Source: Felis catus (lineage: Eukaryota). Taken from it: a stretch of 64,000 bases of DNA. Below the pieces are notes generated by a model that was not told the DNA's origin, did no database searches, and saw only the letters and a program-made list of their open reading frames with translations. Positions within the stretch are counted from its first letter, which is position 1. Each line of letters begins with the position of its first letter. The DNA lies in assembly GCF_018350175.1 (NCBI RefSeq), contig NC_058369.1:17920001-17984000 (forward strand), written 5' to 3'. Of the stretch, positions 12,221-24,262 are shown in pieces. A program made the translations under genes and the position numbers.

Positions 12221-12542
12221 CGTTCGGGGTGTCCATCAGGTCACTTCTCCTCTTCTGAGATCAGAAGCTCCTGCTGCAGCCTCTGAGGCCTTGTGTAAAT
12301 GCCACCTCCTCCCACCTGACCCCGCTGCCCTCCCCACCCCAGCTCTGTCCAGACAGTCTGGCCCAGATCAGCTCACCGGGGCTCCTCTGGGTCTGGGCAC
12401 CCCTGCCATGGCTTACTGAGTGGCCTCCACACTGGCCTGGCTCCAGCTGTGCCCCGTCCCCAGTCTCCGTCAGTGTCCTGTCTCCAGTCCATTTTGTTTC
12501 GGTTTCTACACACCTCCCATCCCCACTGCAGCCTCTAGGTAC

Positions 12543-12715
12543 CTTGTCTCCAGGCGACAGGTCCGCGATGTGGCGCACGGTGATGTCAATGAGTGCCATC
12601 ATGTCTGTGTGGTAGAAGATGGCAGCCGTGGCAGGGCTGGCGAACACGTCCTGCAGGAACTTGAGGATGGAGTGTGGCGGCTGCGGCTCATGTTTGAAGA
12701 TGCGCACGGGGTCAT
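12543..12715 (-). CDS. NCKIPSD: NCKIPSD exon 12
   Basis: cctag|[29 protein letters not shown]...DLSPGDK|gtacct; 173 nt. Confidence 0.95.
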
Positions 12716-12849
12716 CTAGGAAGCAGGGGGAAGAGAAGAGGGGTCAGGGCTGTCACTGTGGGAGGGCCAGAGCCACTGCAGGGAGTTATTGGGGATCATG
12801 GAGTCCCAGGACAGCGAAGCAGCGCCACACAGATTCCTTGCACCCTCAC

Positions 12850-12942
12850 CTCCTCTGTTCAGGAGCAAGAGAAGCTTCTCGGAGAAGATCTTGACGTTGG
12901 AGTGTTTGCTCAGGGCGGTCATGATGACGTTCTGGTCAGGGG
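12850..12942 (-). CDS. NCKIPSD: NCKIPSD exon 11
   Basis: [30 protein letters not shown]|gtgagg; 93 nt. Confidence 0.95.
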
Positions 12943-13036
12943 CTGAGGAAGGACATGGGTGTCGGTAGATCAGCGCACAGGTACCCAGCCAGAACCCCCA
13001 GCTGGTCGGCCACCTCCCGCTGGGCCCCATTCCCAC

Positions 13037-13165
13037 CTGGCAGGTGCAAGTTGAGAGCCAGAAGCAGGTTCATGCAGAGATCGGGCAGCTGTTCTGTGGT
13101 GTCCAGGGGCAGCCCATCCTCGACGATGCTCAGCAGGAACTGGGCAAAGGGTGTGCCCAGGTGCT
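13037..13165 (-). CDS. NCKIPSD: NCKIPSD exon 10
   Basis: [42 protein letters not shown]|gtggga; 129 nt. Confidence 0.95.
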
Positions 13166-13315
13166 CTGGGAGGGGGGTGCACGGAGTCAGCCCTCCCCGT
13201 CTGTGCACACCACCCAGCCCCCTGGGTCTCCGTCAGCTCTGGGGACACCCGATCCCTGTCAGGTACGTGCAGTGGGGCTCCCAGCGGTCAGCTGGTCGGT
13301 GACCTGCTCACTTAC

Positions 13316-13396
13316 CATAGTGCGCGTATGGCACTGCCTCCCCCATGGAGAAGACCATGGCCAGGATGAGGGCGGAGTAACAGAGTTTCTGGTGAT
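13316..13396 (-). CDS. NCKIPSD: NCKIPSD exon 9
   Basis: [26 protein letters not shown]|gtaagt; 81 nt. Confidence 0.95.
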
Positions 13397-13476
13397 CTGG
13401 GGGGCAAGGCAGGCGGTGAGAGCCCCTACAGATGGTGGGAACCCCCCACACGGCAGGAAGCTCCCCCTCGCCTCAC

Positions 13477-13615
13477 CCTGCGTGTCTGTCTGCATGTCCC
13501 GTGCCAGCTCCACAGGCAGCACAGACGACACGAGTGTGGAGATGATGGCTGCATCCAGGCTGCACATGGCGCCAAAGCACTTGAGGAGCAGCAGCCGCAG
13601 GGACACCCGGTGCTC
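13477..13615 (-). CDS. NCKIPSD: NCKIPSD exon 8
   Basis: [46 protein letters not shown]|gtgagg; 139 nt. Confidence 0.95.
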
Positions 13616-13703
13616 CTGGCAGGAGACCCTGTGCACTCAGTGCCCGGAACCCCCACCTCTACCCGGGTGCCTCCACGCCCCCGCCCCTCTGTCTTGCACA
13701 CAC

Positions 13704-13790
13704 CATTTGGTAGTAGGCCACCAAGGCCAGGACAGACTCGAACTCATTTCTCTTGCACATTTTCTTGCAAACTTCGGGGTCTGCATCCGT
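13704..13790 (-). CDS. NCKIPSD: NCKIPSD exon 7
   Basis: [29 protein letters not shown]|gtgtgt; 87 nt. Confidence 0.95.
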
Positions 13791-13939
13791 CTGTGGAGAG
13801 GAGGAAGCATGACACAATCAGTCAGTGTGAGCCGTGTGGCCACACATAAGCAAGCTGAGTACACGCAGGGGAGGCTCCTGAGCACTGGAGGGGACAGTGC
13901 AGGGTCGGGGGGAGACACCCGTGGGCCCCCACCCCGCAC

Positions 13940-14110
13940 CAGAATATGCAGCAGCTCCTCCAGGTAGCAGCGGATGACCCCTTCATCCTCGTACAGGGCC
14001 CAGCTGCGCTGCTGGGCATCGTCCTTGCGCCGAGCCAGGTCTGCAAAGATCACCTCCAGCCGCTGCTGGTCATGGCAGACTTGCCCTGAGGGCAGGGCAG
14101 TGCTCAGGTC
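13940..14110 (-). CDS. NCKIPSD: NCKIPSD exon 6
   Basis: [57 protein letters not shown]|gtgcgg; 171 nt. Confidence 0.95.
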
Positions 14111-15395
14111 CTGGGGGGAGAGAGGAATGGCTCAGCACATTCCTTGTCCCTCACCATCTCCAGGAAGCCCCCAAGGTTTAGAAGTCAACCCAGACCCTGA
14201 GAACGTCACAGGTGTGAGTTCCAGGCCGACATTGGGAAAGGGTTCCCAGCCTCATCTCTCAGGGCTGCTCCTAGTCAGTGTCCTCCCAGAACCTGCGAGG
14301 GGACCAGCCCCTGGTTCTCTTCCTTCCTCCCCTCTGCCCCACCTCGAGCTCCCACTAAGGACCCTGCTCCTGTGGCCCACACCTCAACATCAAAGCTCCC
14401 AAGGGCACCAGCCCAATTCTACACCCCCTCTGCAAGCAAGTCCACTGCCCCCAGTCTTGATAACCTGCTGGGCTCAGATTCTGCCTGAGACACATCTGTG
14501 GGTGCCTTCCAACAACCTGCCGCTCATCCCAGCCCTGTAGAAACATCTTCCTCGAGGAAGGCCACCGACTGTATCACTGCCTGAGTGTGACTGAGATGCT
14601 ACCCTCCGAATCCACATGAAGTGGCACCAGGCCTGGTCATCTCCCCACCTCCCCCGTCTCCCCCAAATGCTTCCAGCCTGGCAGCACCCACCGTACTCAA
14701 CACAGACAAGTCCACTGACCTGCTGCTCCCTCCACCCCACACCAGAGCTGCTAGGTCATGGGGCCCTAAGGAGGGACCTTGGGCCCATCTGGTCCCCATA
14801 TGGAGATGGCTTGTCGCCCTCCAATCCCACTTCCTGACCAGTGCCCCAACCCTGGCAAAAGATCCCACCCACCCTACAATGCCCACGCACCTGACTCACA
14901 CCTGAGTCAGTACTGAGGCCTCTGTCACAGCTCTCAAAGCACCCACTCCTTTCCACTGCCAAGGCCAGTGAGGTACTGCCTTCTCTCATGCTCTATGTCC
15001 ACTCCTCCTCCCCTGCAGCCAGAGATGACTCTTGCCCACCTGCATCTGGTCTCATCTATCACCTGCCCCGGGTCTCACCTCTCCCACACCACCTGTTCCC
15101 TCACTCCCTGTATTACAGCCATGCTGGCCTTGTTCCACCTCCTCCTGTGAGCCAAGCTCGGTCCTGCCTCATGGCCTTGGTCCAGGCTGAGCCTCTGCCT
15201 GGAATGCTCTTCCTCCCTTTCTCCTCCAAGGATCAGCTCAAATGTCCCCAGCACCCAGCACAATGAAGGCCAGGCTAAAGCTCAGTAAACACCTGTCGAG
15301 TCAAGGCTGGACACAAGCATGAGAGTGGGAATGGGGCAGGGGAGGCAGGGCGGCCCGAGGATGGGGAGGCCCCTGGCCCTGCTGCCCACCCTCAC

Positions 15396-15886
15396 CTTGC
15401 CCTCTACCAGCGAGAGGAGGACCTGCTCCATGATAGGCGAGCTGGCCGGCACAGAGGCCTGGATGTGACCCACCACGACGCCAATAGCCACACGGCATAG
15501 CTCGTGGCTCAGGCCGGTGTTTCTCCGCACGAGCTCCATCAGCTCTGCCCCGATGGTCTTGGGCACAGCAGTCTCGGCCACCACCTTCTCCTCTGTGGTC
15601 CCCAGGTTCAGCGCACCCAGGGCCTCCAGCTCATCAGGGGCTGAGGTTGTATCAACTGCCACCTCCTCTGTAGGGGGCTCAGGGGCTGGCACCTTGGAGG
15701 GAGGGGGCTGAGCCTGGGACACAGTGGTGTGAGTGCCTCGGCGGGGCACAGGAGGGGGCGTGGGTGAGCAGCTGGGGCCCAGCTCAGACGAGCTAGAGCC
15801 GGTACAGAGCGTGTCAAGGGAGGTGCTGCTGACTGAGGAGCCGCTGGACACAGAACTGCCCCCGGAGGGCGTGGTGTTGCGGCCGC
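15396..15886 (-). CDS. NCKIPSD: NCKIPSD exon 5 (Ser/Pro-rich region)
   Basis: [17 protein letters not shown]...PPPVPRRG...[25 protein letters not shown]...LVEGK|gtgagg; 491 nt. Confidence 0.95.
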
Positions 15887-16091
15887 CTGTGGGCAGAGAG
15901 CGGATGCTGTGCTGGGACAGCCCCCTGGGTCCCCTACCCCTCCAGGCCCTGAGCCCCGCCCTCCCAACACAGGGCCTGGTTTCTCTGCTAGACCCACCCC
16001 TCCAAGCCCAGAGCCCCCAACTTTCTGACACAGGCAAAGCAATCATTCCACCACAGGGTACTTCCCCAATTGCCCCAATCCCGCCTCTCAC

Positions 16092-16203
16092 CACTGCCTG
16101 AGGCCACCAGGGCCTCACGGTCTCGGCGCTTCACAGGTGGAGGTGGCATGGCGGGTGCTGCTCGGCGAGGCTGTGGTGGGATCTGAGAGGACAGAAGCGG
16201 GAT
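16092..16203 (-). CDS. NCKIPSD: NCKIPSD exon 4 (alternative in-frame acceptor gives a start at 16182)
   Basis: [37 protein letters not shown]|gtgaga; 112 nt or 91 nt. Confidence 0.92.
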
Positions 16204-16362
16204 CTGGGAGGACACGCTGGGGTACCGGCCTGGCTAAGGCCCTGAGCTCTTGGCACAGGCGGGCTACGGCTCTGCATCACTGACCCAACTGGACCCTTGG
16301 AACCTCTGGACCAAGCCTCAGCTCCACCCACCTCCCTCGGCCAGGACGTCCTCCCCACATAC

Positions 16363-16567
16363 CTGGTAGAGGCCTCCGTCCGCCCCGAGATACTCGGAAC
16401 TAGGGAGGCTGTGCTGCCGCTCAAACCCAGCTCGACACGTCCCATTGGGCTGCCTGGCAGCAGCAGCGTCCAGATGGTGGTCACTGGTGGATGGGGTCAT
16501 AGCTGCAGGGCTGGAGGCTGAGGGGCCTCTGCGGGACAGAGTCTCTTTCCGGTGGTGGATCAGCTTC
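16363..16567 (-). CDS. NCKIPSD: NCKIPSD exon 3
   Basis: KLIHHRKETLSRRGPSASSP...FERQHSLPSSEYLGADGGLYQ|gtatgt; 205 nt. Confidence 0.95.
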
Positions 16568-16815
16568 CTGATGGAGGGACAAGGAGCTTACTGGGCGAGT
16601 TACCTTAAACTCCCAAGGTCCTTACATGCTCCCCATGGGTCCTGGGCCCCCCAAAGCTCGGGCTCCTGCCACCTCCCTCATGCCCCACCCTACTGTGCAT
16701 TACCCCAGCTCTGCCTTACACACAACCCCAGTATCCACTGAAGGACCCCCACCCAACTGTGCTCATTAGGGTAATGGGGTGGAGGCGGTGCCCTCTTCCC
16801 CTCACCCACACTCAC

Positions 16816-16925
16816 TGAAGGACTCCACGCTGCTCCAGGCTGTACTTGCCACCATCCCGCATGGCTGCATTGTGCACAGCCTCAATGGCCCGGTCAATGG
16901 CTTGGAGGACATCTTGCTCCAGGCC
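16816..16925 (-). CDS. NCKIPSD: NCKIPSD exon 2
   Basis: GLEQDVLQAIDRAIEAVHNAAMRDGGKYSLEQRGVL|gtgagt; 110 nt. Confidence 0.95.
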
Positions 16926-17869
16926 CTGGGGGGGAGGGCAAGGATGGGCAGTTAGATCTGGGGGCCAAGTGAGGGTACTGAGCCCAGACCCAGCCCGGGA
17001 TGCAACCGGGGCAGACAGAGGACCATTATAGCTAAAGCCTGGAATGGTAGACATGAACACAGAAGTTGAACCAGAATATCAAATAAGGTTCTCAAACGGT
17101 GTCACTCAGGGAGCTGGGGCATGGGGTGGCCTCATGCCGCTGCTTTACATCCTGGGGCCCCACTCAGACCCCACAGTGAGGCTCTCAGCTGTCTCTGAAA
17201 ATCAAGGGTCCAGAGCAAAAACAAAAAACAGCCCAGGGACCCCCAGCTTGAGGCCAACAGTACACACCTAGTCTCTCCCCAGGTTTGGCTCAGAGCCCAG
17301 GCTGAAATGCCAAGCAGGGAGCCTCTAGTGTCTGGAACCCTTAACAAATCACTCTGGATCTTGTTGATCCTTCGCAAAACCAAGGTCACACTCCAGAATA
17401 GCCCTGTCCTCATAGAGCCTTCTGCAGGCCCTGGGATGGGCCTGAGGGACCAGCTGGGGATGGGCCAAAGGGATCTCCTCTCTCCACCCCTGCTTCTAGC
17501 CCTCATCCCCCTCAGCTGTTCCAAGGAATCTTCCAGACCTGCCCTGGGAAGCGGCAGTTCTGTCTGTAGCAAAGGACGGACATGGGAGAGGGGCCTGGCC
17601 CCTGTCCCAGATTCCGTGCTGCAGACCCAGCAACTCAGGGGTCCAATCTACCCAGCCTGCCTGGCATGGTGTGAAGAGTAAGGGGTGGCAGCTGTGGGAC
17701 CAGCCACTTTCACCCCTTCCCTGTCCACGATGGTCCATCAGGCTACATGGAAGTCTCAGAACTGAGGTGACGTCACTCCAGAGAGGGTCTAAGGAGCTTC
17801 CCTGAGGGGGACAGACAGATGGATGCAGAGGTCAGCAAAGCCCTCCAGGTACCATGGGGTGTGCCAGAA

Positions 17870-18105
17870 TGCAGAGAGACAGCAGACAGAAAGGGGAACA
17901 GAAAAAGAAATACATACACATAGAAGATAAGGAAGAGATAGAAAGAGAGAGAGGGAGGGAGGGAGAGAGAGCGAGACAGGCAGAGGGAGACAACGCAGAA
18001 AGAAATTGAAAGCTGGAGACAGAGAAAGGGAGAGAGTCGTAATGACAGACAGAGTTAGGGAGACTGAGGCAGAGGGAGGTATGCAGAAAGAAACTATGAG
18101 AGAAA
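17870..18105. repeat. GA-rich low-complexity tract
   Basis: Degenerate (GA)n/(GACA)n purine run. Confidence 0.7.
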
Positions 18106-19438
18106 CCGTGGCCTCTCTGCCGTCCCCAAACACCAAGCCCCACTGGCCCCGGAGAGGAGCCTCACAGGCTCTTCGAGAAGAGGCCTCCAACAAGCCCCCA
18201 GCCCCAGAGAGGCTGGGTCTGACACATTCACGATAGAGCTGGCAGCCTCTGTGTCCAGGGCCCCACTCATACCCCAGGCACTCCTGGATGGAAACAAGCT
18301 GAGGGTCCAGGGCCCATCCCCTCTGGCAAGACCAGATGACATCTCCAAATTTATCCTGTTATTTCTGTCCTGAACCAGGCTGGGACAGGATGTTTCCAAA
18401 AGGATAAGGACTAGGATGGGGCGGGGGTGTCTGGCACAGGCCAGGCCTGGAGGCTCCGGGCCCTCCTTTCCCCTGAGGTCAGAATAGACCAGCTAGAGAC
18501 ACTGCACCCCAGCCCCCACAGCAGGACTATTCTTGGGGAAACAGGAACTGGAGACGCAGCCTCCACTGGAAGGAAACAGGGTCATAGTCAGACCAGGGGA
18601 AGCCATGAAGAGATCTCACTTCCTTACAATGGGAGCAGCCCCCACCCCAGGCTGAGGACACAGAGGGATGGAGCTTTTCACTTTCAGAGAAAATTAGTCT
18701 GTTAAGTCAGGGCCTGAACATGGCTTGTAATGGAGGGGTGGGGGTGGGGAGAGTAGTGCCAGGGAGTGTCAGCAAGGGCTGAGATCTTTGGTTCCAAGAG
18801 GGTTGGGGTCAGTCTGAAGAAGAGCTTAGGGGTGGCTGAGTACAGGAGGGTGAAAGACACTCAGGTCCCACCCTTAGTGGGTCATCTAGGAGATACGAGT
18901 ATCATCTAGGCTCCAGGGCCTCAGTGGGGAAGTGAGGATGGAGGACGGTGGGGAAACAGGTGGTGTCCAGGGTGGTCTGGGGTCTTAGTGGTGAAGGCAG
19001 TGGCTCCAGTTGGGGGTCTGAGGGTAGGATCCAGGGGATCCAGTGAAAGGGACAATTACAAATCTGGGGTCTCAGAGATCTGAGGAACTGGTCAGAATTC
19101 AGTGGTACTGGATTGTCAGGACTGAGTCTTGAATTCTACTTAGATGGGGGTTCAGATAATGAGTCTCAATAGGTCTGGGATCCAAGGAGTCTCAGTCCCA
19201 GAGTTAGGCTTGCAGGTCCGGAGTCCTCAGAGTTGGCTGTCAAGGGCTTGGCCTTTTCTGGGAGTGCGGGCTCCTGGGGTCCCAGTTCTCGTGGGTCTGG
19301 GGTCTCAGGGTCAGGTGCTCAAACTCCCTATCTGCGGGAAGTTTTGGCGGGCCTGGCGCTCCGGGGTCGGTCCCGAGAGCCTGCGATGGGGCCCAGTCTA
19401 AGGACCGGTGAGGCCGGGCTGGGGAGGGGCACACTCAC

Positions 19439-19609
19439 CTGCAGGCGGCGCAGGTAGGCGGGCGGCACGTAGCCCGTCTCGCCACTGCGCGCCCGCGCCG
19501 CCAGCCACCAGTGCGCGCTGCTGCGCTCCAGCACCAGGAAGGTCTCGCCCGCGGCGAACGCCAGCGCGTTGGGCTCCGCCGAGCGGAACGCGTAGAGCGC
19601 GCGATACAT
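19439..19609 (-). CDS. NCKIPSD: NCKIPSD exon 1 (SH3 domain); NCK-interacting protein with SH3 domain (SPIN90/WISH), 721 aa in total
   Basis: MYRALYAFRSAEPNALAFAAGETFLVLERSSAHWWLAARARSGETGYVPPAYLRRLQ|gtgagt; the 13 exons sum to 2166 nt in frame. Confidence 0.97.
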
Positions 19610-20110
19610 GGGGCCGGGCCGGGCCGCGCCGGGGCAGTGGAGGTGGCGGGGGCTGCGGAACCAGGACGGCAGGCCCGGAGAACCGCGATCGCCCCGCCCC
19701 GCCCCGTGACACACGACGCGTGCGCGCGCCCGCCCGCCCGCCAGCCGCAGCCCCGCCTCGGGAGGGGGGCAGCCCCCGCGCGGATCGTGGCGCCCCCTGG
19801 CGGCTCCAAGCGGCGCGACCCGGTGCTGCTCGAGTCCACCTCCAGTCGGCCTCCAGTCCGGTCCCGGTACCTCCGACTCCTAGACCACACACCCCTACCC
19901 CCGACCACTGGCTCCGCACCCTCCCGGGCGCCCCACCCCAGAGTCTCCGTCCTGGCCCTCCACTCAAACCCGGTGTGCGGCCGTCCTTCCTCCTTTGGCA
20001 GAGCCTGTGTCCTACGCTCTAGTCGCATGCGTCCCTGCCATCCCGGGGGAGTGGGTCCTGACCTACTAACAGTAGGGACGGCGACTCCGCGAGCGTAGTC
20101 CCATTGTTGG
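19610..20110 (-). promoter_or_regulatory. NCKIPSD: NCKIPSD CpG-island promoter and 5' UTR
   Basis: CpG-dense; tandem GC boxes at ~19691-19706; NRF1-like TGCGCGCGC near 19721. Confidence 0.85.
19789..19804 (-). promoter_or_regulatory. CTCF consensus motif
   Basis: Reverse complement GCCGCCAGGGGGCGCC matches the CTCF core CCRSYAGRKGGCR. Confidence 0.6.
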
Positions 20111-21493
20111 ATCTCGCTGATTCGACACTTGGAGGCGCCTGTGGGGGTGTCCGTCTTCTTGGTGTCCCAGGCCTCATGACCCCTCTCTGAGGAGTCCCTA
20201 CTCCAGCCACATCGAAACCAGGTCGGCCATTCCCCAGTCCCAATTTCTCACGTCCTGGATGCCCACCCCCCACGCCCCCCACCCCCCCTTCAATAGCTTC
20301 TCTCTACCCCTCTAATGTGGGTCTTTCCATAGGGTTTCCTCTGCCTGGGACCTAATTCCCTCCCTCACAGCATAAGGTCATTACTCTCCCAAGTCGCTGT
20401 CATATTGCTCTATTGTCTTTATAGGACTTACAACTCCAAACCATCTTATGTCTGATGCTCCCTTCTGAGCAGATAGAAGAGCTGGTAAGGGTGGGGAAGG
20501 GGGTGCTAGGTAGCTTTAAGAGCTGGTTTGACCCTGCACACCTCCAATTAGCCTGGACTGGTCCTTGATGTCCTGAGGGAGGGACCCAGGGGAGAGGCCC
20601 TAAGGGTCCTGGGGGCCTCCCATTCCTGTCCAGCCACATTTCCCACCAGAAGCCTGGGCCCAGGGTGTAGCGGGTATGGGCACAGCCAGGCCAGTACATG
20701 CAGTTGGCATTTGGGGACATAGTACACAGAGGCACAGTGGGCCTCAGAAAGGAGTGTGGGGCTGATAGAACTGGACATCAAGACCCTACCTTCTTGGCAC
20801 TGGGTCTGCCCTTCTCCCTGGTGTCTGGTTCTGCAGTTCAAGACCTCCTGCCACACCTCCCGGTAACCCTCCTAGCACAGAAGTAGCTCTCTTCGGGGCC
20901 GCCCTGGCTACAGCTGCTTAGGACAGGAGATTGGCATAGTTGTGGGTTGCAGTGGTGACAAGAGGTTTGGTTAAGAGGACCCCCCTGCCTGAACACCCTT
21001 TCTCACTGGGACCCCCACCCCCTCATCCTGCTGGGACCTTCTACCATGGAGCCCACCATCACCAAAAGACCAGAGCCCAGCAGCTACCTGAGGCCTTGGT
21101 TTGGCTCCAGGACATCTGACATCACAATGACCAGCCAATTAGCTGCTGCCAGTGGTCCAGGAGATGGATCCAAGGTCTGGCACACCTGCTGCCCAACTTT
21201 GGCTTAAGTTGCATGGAGGACAGGAAAAGACCTGTATCAAGGGTCACGTAGTTCTTAGGGGATGCTGGGACACTAGGCCAGCACAGACCCAAAAGGAACC
21301 TAAGGTTATATGTGTGGAGGTCCTCTTTGGGTGACCTCAGGGCCCGTGAGGTGGGGGCAGTGGCAAGGAGAATATTCCTGGGCTAGGGTGGAGGACACAG
21401 AACGTGTCAGGATTCTGAGGGCTGGGATGGGGTCTGGCTGCCTGCCCCTACTTAAGAACGACAGCAGCACTGTGTACAATTAACAAAAAGATT

Positions 21494-21499
21494 TGTATT
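21494..21499 (-). promoter_or_regulatory. IP6K2: IP6K2 candidate variant polyA signal AATACA
   Basis: TGTATT on +, about 250 nt after the stop, in a U-rich context; no AATAAA seen nearby on the minus strand. Confidence 0.5.
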
Positions 21500-21748
21500 A
21501 GAACATTTACACTCAGGGAAGAAAGAGGTATCTGCATCATCAAATGTGGAATGTTGAAGAAATAGTTAAAATAAATAAAAGACTCCGAACGCGATTGGGG
21601 CTGGCTCAGGCTGGGACTCACAGAGGCCTCTGCACATCAGCTCCAGGCTGCAGGGGCCAACGCCTGGCCATACTGGCCTCCTCCCCGACGCAGCACAGCT
21701 GTGCCTGGGACACAGAGAGTCTCTCAGGTGCTGGTGCAGCCAGCAAAC

Positions 21749-22249
21749 TCACTCCCCACTTTCCTCGCTTATCTCTGTGACAATGTCTATGAGGCTCTGG
21801 AGCCCGAAGATATAGCCAGCATCCTGGCCCTCATGTACCACGCTGTCCTCGCCATACAGCCTGCAGGTGGTGTGTGCAAAGTCGATCATGCGCACGTCCA
21901 CTGAGCTGGTGCCGATGGGCTTGTAGGCATAGGCACCTGCAGACTCATCAGCTGACTCCTCAGACAGGTCCTCCAAGTCCTCAGCATCTGAGTCCAGGGC
22001 CACCTCAGGCCATTCTTTGCCATCATAGATGACCAATAGGGAGCTTGAGTAGAAGCGGTAGGACTCCTGTCGCTCCAAAATGGCTTTGAGCTCAGCCAGC
22101 TTCTTAAGCACAGGGCCCAGGAGTTCACGGCGCAGATACCGACCATTGTGGAAAAATTGGAAAAGTGCCTCCTTGAAGCCCTGCACTGACAGCTTTCGTC
22201 CGTGGTACTTGTTCATGAACATAAGCTGCCCACTCCCTGCCTGGTACAC
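21749..22249 (-). CDS. IP6K2: IP6K2 exon 6 (last coding exon, kinase C-terminal part)
   Basis: VYQAGSGQLMFMNKYHGRKLS...FYSSSLLVIYDG...VRMIDFAHT...EISEESGE*; SSLL and IDFAH motifs. Confidence 0.97.
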   Translation of the reverse strand: MYQAGSGQLMFMNKYHGRKLSVQGFKEALFQFFHNGRYLRRELLGPVLKKLAELKAILERQESYRFYSSSLLVIYDGKEWPEVALDSDAEDLEDLSEESADESAGAYAYKPIGTSSVDVRMIDFAHTTCRLYGEDSVVHEGQDAGYIFGLQSLIDIVTEISEESGE

Positions 22250-22704
22250 CTGTGGGAAGAGACCAGCAGGTTAGGTGCTGACAGCTGTCTCAGAGCCTGG
22301 ACCCTGGGGAACAGCAGCAATGGGACACCCCTGGATCAGATCCTTTAACCTGTTAAGTACACCAGTCATACAAGGCAATACCCTTTCTGATCTACCACCA
22401 CTCAGGATGCAGCCCTCTGACCTGGTTCTGTCCTCAGACCCCTGCTTAGCATATCAGTTGGTGGAGAAGGCCTAACCATCTTGCCTTCATTCCCACTCCT
22501 GTCCAGAGACTCTGGACTCAGTCAACCAGCTCAGCCCCAGACAGTTCACCGAGGCATGCGTGCTTTTTTTTTCTAACCAGAAAGCAACAGACGCACTCAG
22601 CCATGCTGAAATCTTGAGAAAACAGCAGGACTATGCCCACGGTGGAGAGTAGAAGCTACTGGATGCCCTAGCCAGCCCGTGGTATGCACCAGCACTCCCC
22701 TCAC

Positions 22705-22880
22705 CTGCATGCCACACACACGGACACCGATGACAGCAGATGTGCTCTGCTGGCACTTGCGGATCTGGTTGGCTGCCTTCTCCTCTGAAGCATCATCACC
22801 ATGCTGGCGGGTACCCATCTTGAGGTCCAGGACACAAGGCACCTCATAGCGGGAAGTCAGATTTTCCAGTAAGATGAATT
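22705..22880 (-). CDS. IP6K2: IP6K2 exon 5
   Basis: [29 protein letters not shown]...VRVCGMQ|gtgagg; PxxxDxKxG inositol phosphate kinase signature; 176 nt. Confidence 0.97.
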
Positions 22881-23291
22881 CTGAGTGGTTAAGGACAATC
22901 CTCCCTCTAAAGAAAAGGTGCTGCTGCATGGGGGCTTTGGCACTCCAGGACACAATGCCTGCACACAGTGCCTCAGAAAAGCCCAGGTCCACAGAAGGCC
23001 CCATCAGTCCTGCTATCCCCCATGTAGGGAGCCCAAGGCTGACTAGAGGGCTAAAATCAAAGAACTGAATTCTTGTCAGGGAACTGGCATGAGGACCGCC
23101 TGTACCCGCACTCAACATAGGCCTGGGCGACACACATACGGCACTGCCACAACTCAACAAGGTATGGGAACAGGGTTTCACACTGTCCTAAGTTTCAAAC
23201 AGAACATCAAATAAATAAATCCCATAACCTTCTATGTGAACTGGAAATATCTGCATAAACTCATGAAAAATTTTCTCTTTAAAATAAATGC

Positions 23292-23525
23292 GGGGGTGCC
23301 TGGGTGGCTCAGTCAGTTGAGCATCCGACTTCGGTTCAGGTCATGATTGCACAGCTTGTGAGTTCGAGCCCTGCGTCAGGCTCTGTGCTGACAGCTCAGA
23401 GCCTGGAGCCTGCTTCGGATTCTGTGTCTCCCTCTCTCTCTGCCCCTAACCCACTTGCATTCTGTCTCTGTCTCTCTGAAGGGCGAATAAACATTAAAAA
23501 AACCTTTTTTTTAAATAAAATAAAA
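23292..23525 (+). mobile_element. Can-SINE (SINEC_Fc-like)
   Basis: Full head, body, (CT)n and A tail. Confidence 0.92.
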
Positions 23526-23620
23526 GTGTATTTCCCAGCTGTGTGGCACTGAAAAGGTCTAGAAACAATGACCAGATAGTTGTGTGAGCACCCTTAGTGT
23601 CCAGACCAGTTTTCCTAGGG

Positions 23621-23901
23621 CAGGGATTGGTGAACTATGGCTACTTGTTGTACAGCCTACGAACTAGAAATCGTTCTTAAAATTTTAAGTTGTCAAAAAA
23701 TATGCATAATACTTCATGACACATGGAAAATTAAATGATATGCAAATCTTGGTGATCATAAACAGTTTCATTGGGGTATAGTCATGCTCATGATTATCTA
23801 TGACTACTTTCAAGCTACAGTGGCAGAGGTGTGGCAGCTTCAGCCTGTGAAGCCAGAAACATTTACTATCTGGCCCTCTACTGAGCAAGTTTGTAACTCC
23901 T
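23621..23901. mobile_element. MER58-like hAT-Charlie MITE
   Basis: Degenerate TIRs cagggattggtgaac ... gtttgtaactcctg; internal tttactatctggccct typical of MER58. Confidence 0.7.
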
Positions 23902-24044
23902 GGCTCAGAGGAATGACTGAACTCACATCTGGAGTAGGAAATATACATGATCCTGGGCCATCTTTTCATACCAGAAAGTAAGAGAGTCGTCACAGACTAC
24001 TATGATTGTGTCAGAAGGACTCGAGAGCCTATTTTAAAGTATGA

Positions 24045-24262
24045 AAAAAAATTTTTTTAAATGTTTATTTATTTTTGAGAGACAGAGAGAGACAGAGCAC
24101 GAGTAGGGGAGGGGCAGAGAGAGAGGGAGACACAGAATCCAAAGCAGGCTCCAGGCTCTGAGCTGTCAGCACAGAGCCTGACGCGGGGGTTGAACTCTCC
24201 AGCCATGAGATCATGACCTGAGCCGAAGTTGGACGCTTACCAACTGAGCCACCCAGGTGCTT
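24045..24262 (-). mobile_element. Can-SINE (SINEC_Fc-like)
   Basis: Antisense, full length. Confidence 0.92.

Noticed and set aside
13044..13967. 307-aa plus-strand ORF, the longest in the track
   Set aside because: It is antisense to NCKIPSD exons 6-10 in GC-rich DNA, has a non-ATG start and shows no recognisable domain; a shadow ORF.
19398..20098. Several ~190-200 aa Arg/Pro/Gly-rich ORFs
   Set aside because: These come from stop-poor CpG-island sequence; only the SH3 exon frame is supported.
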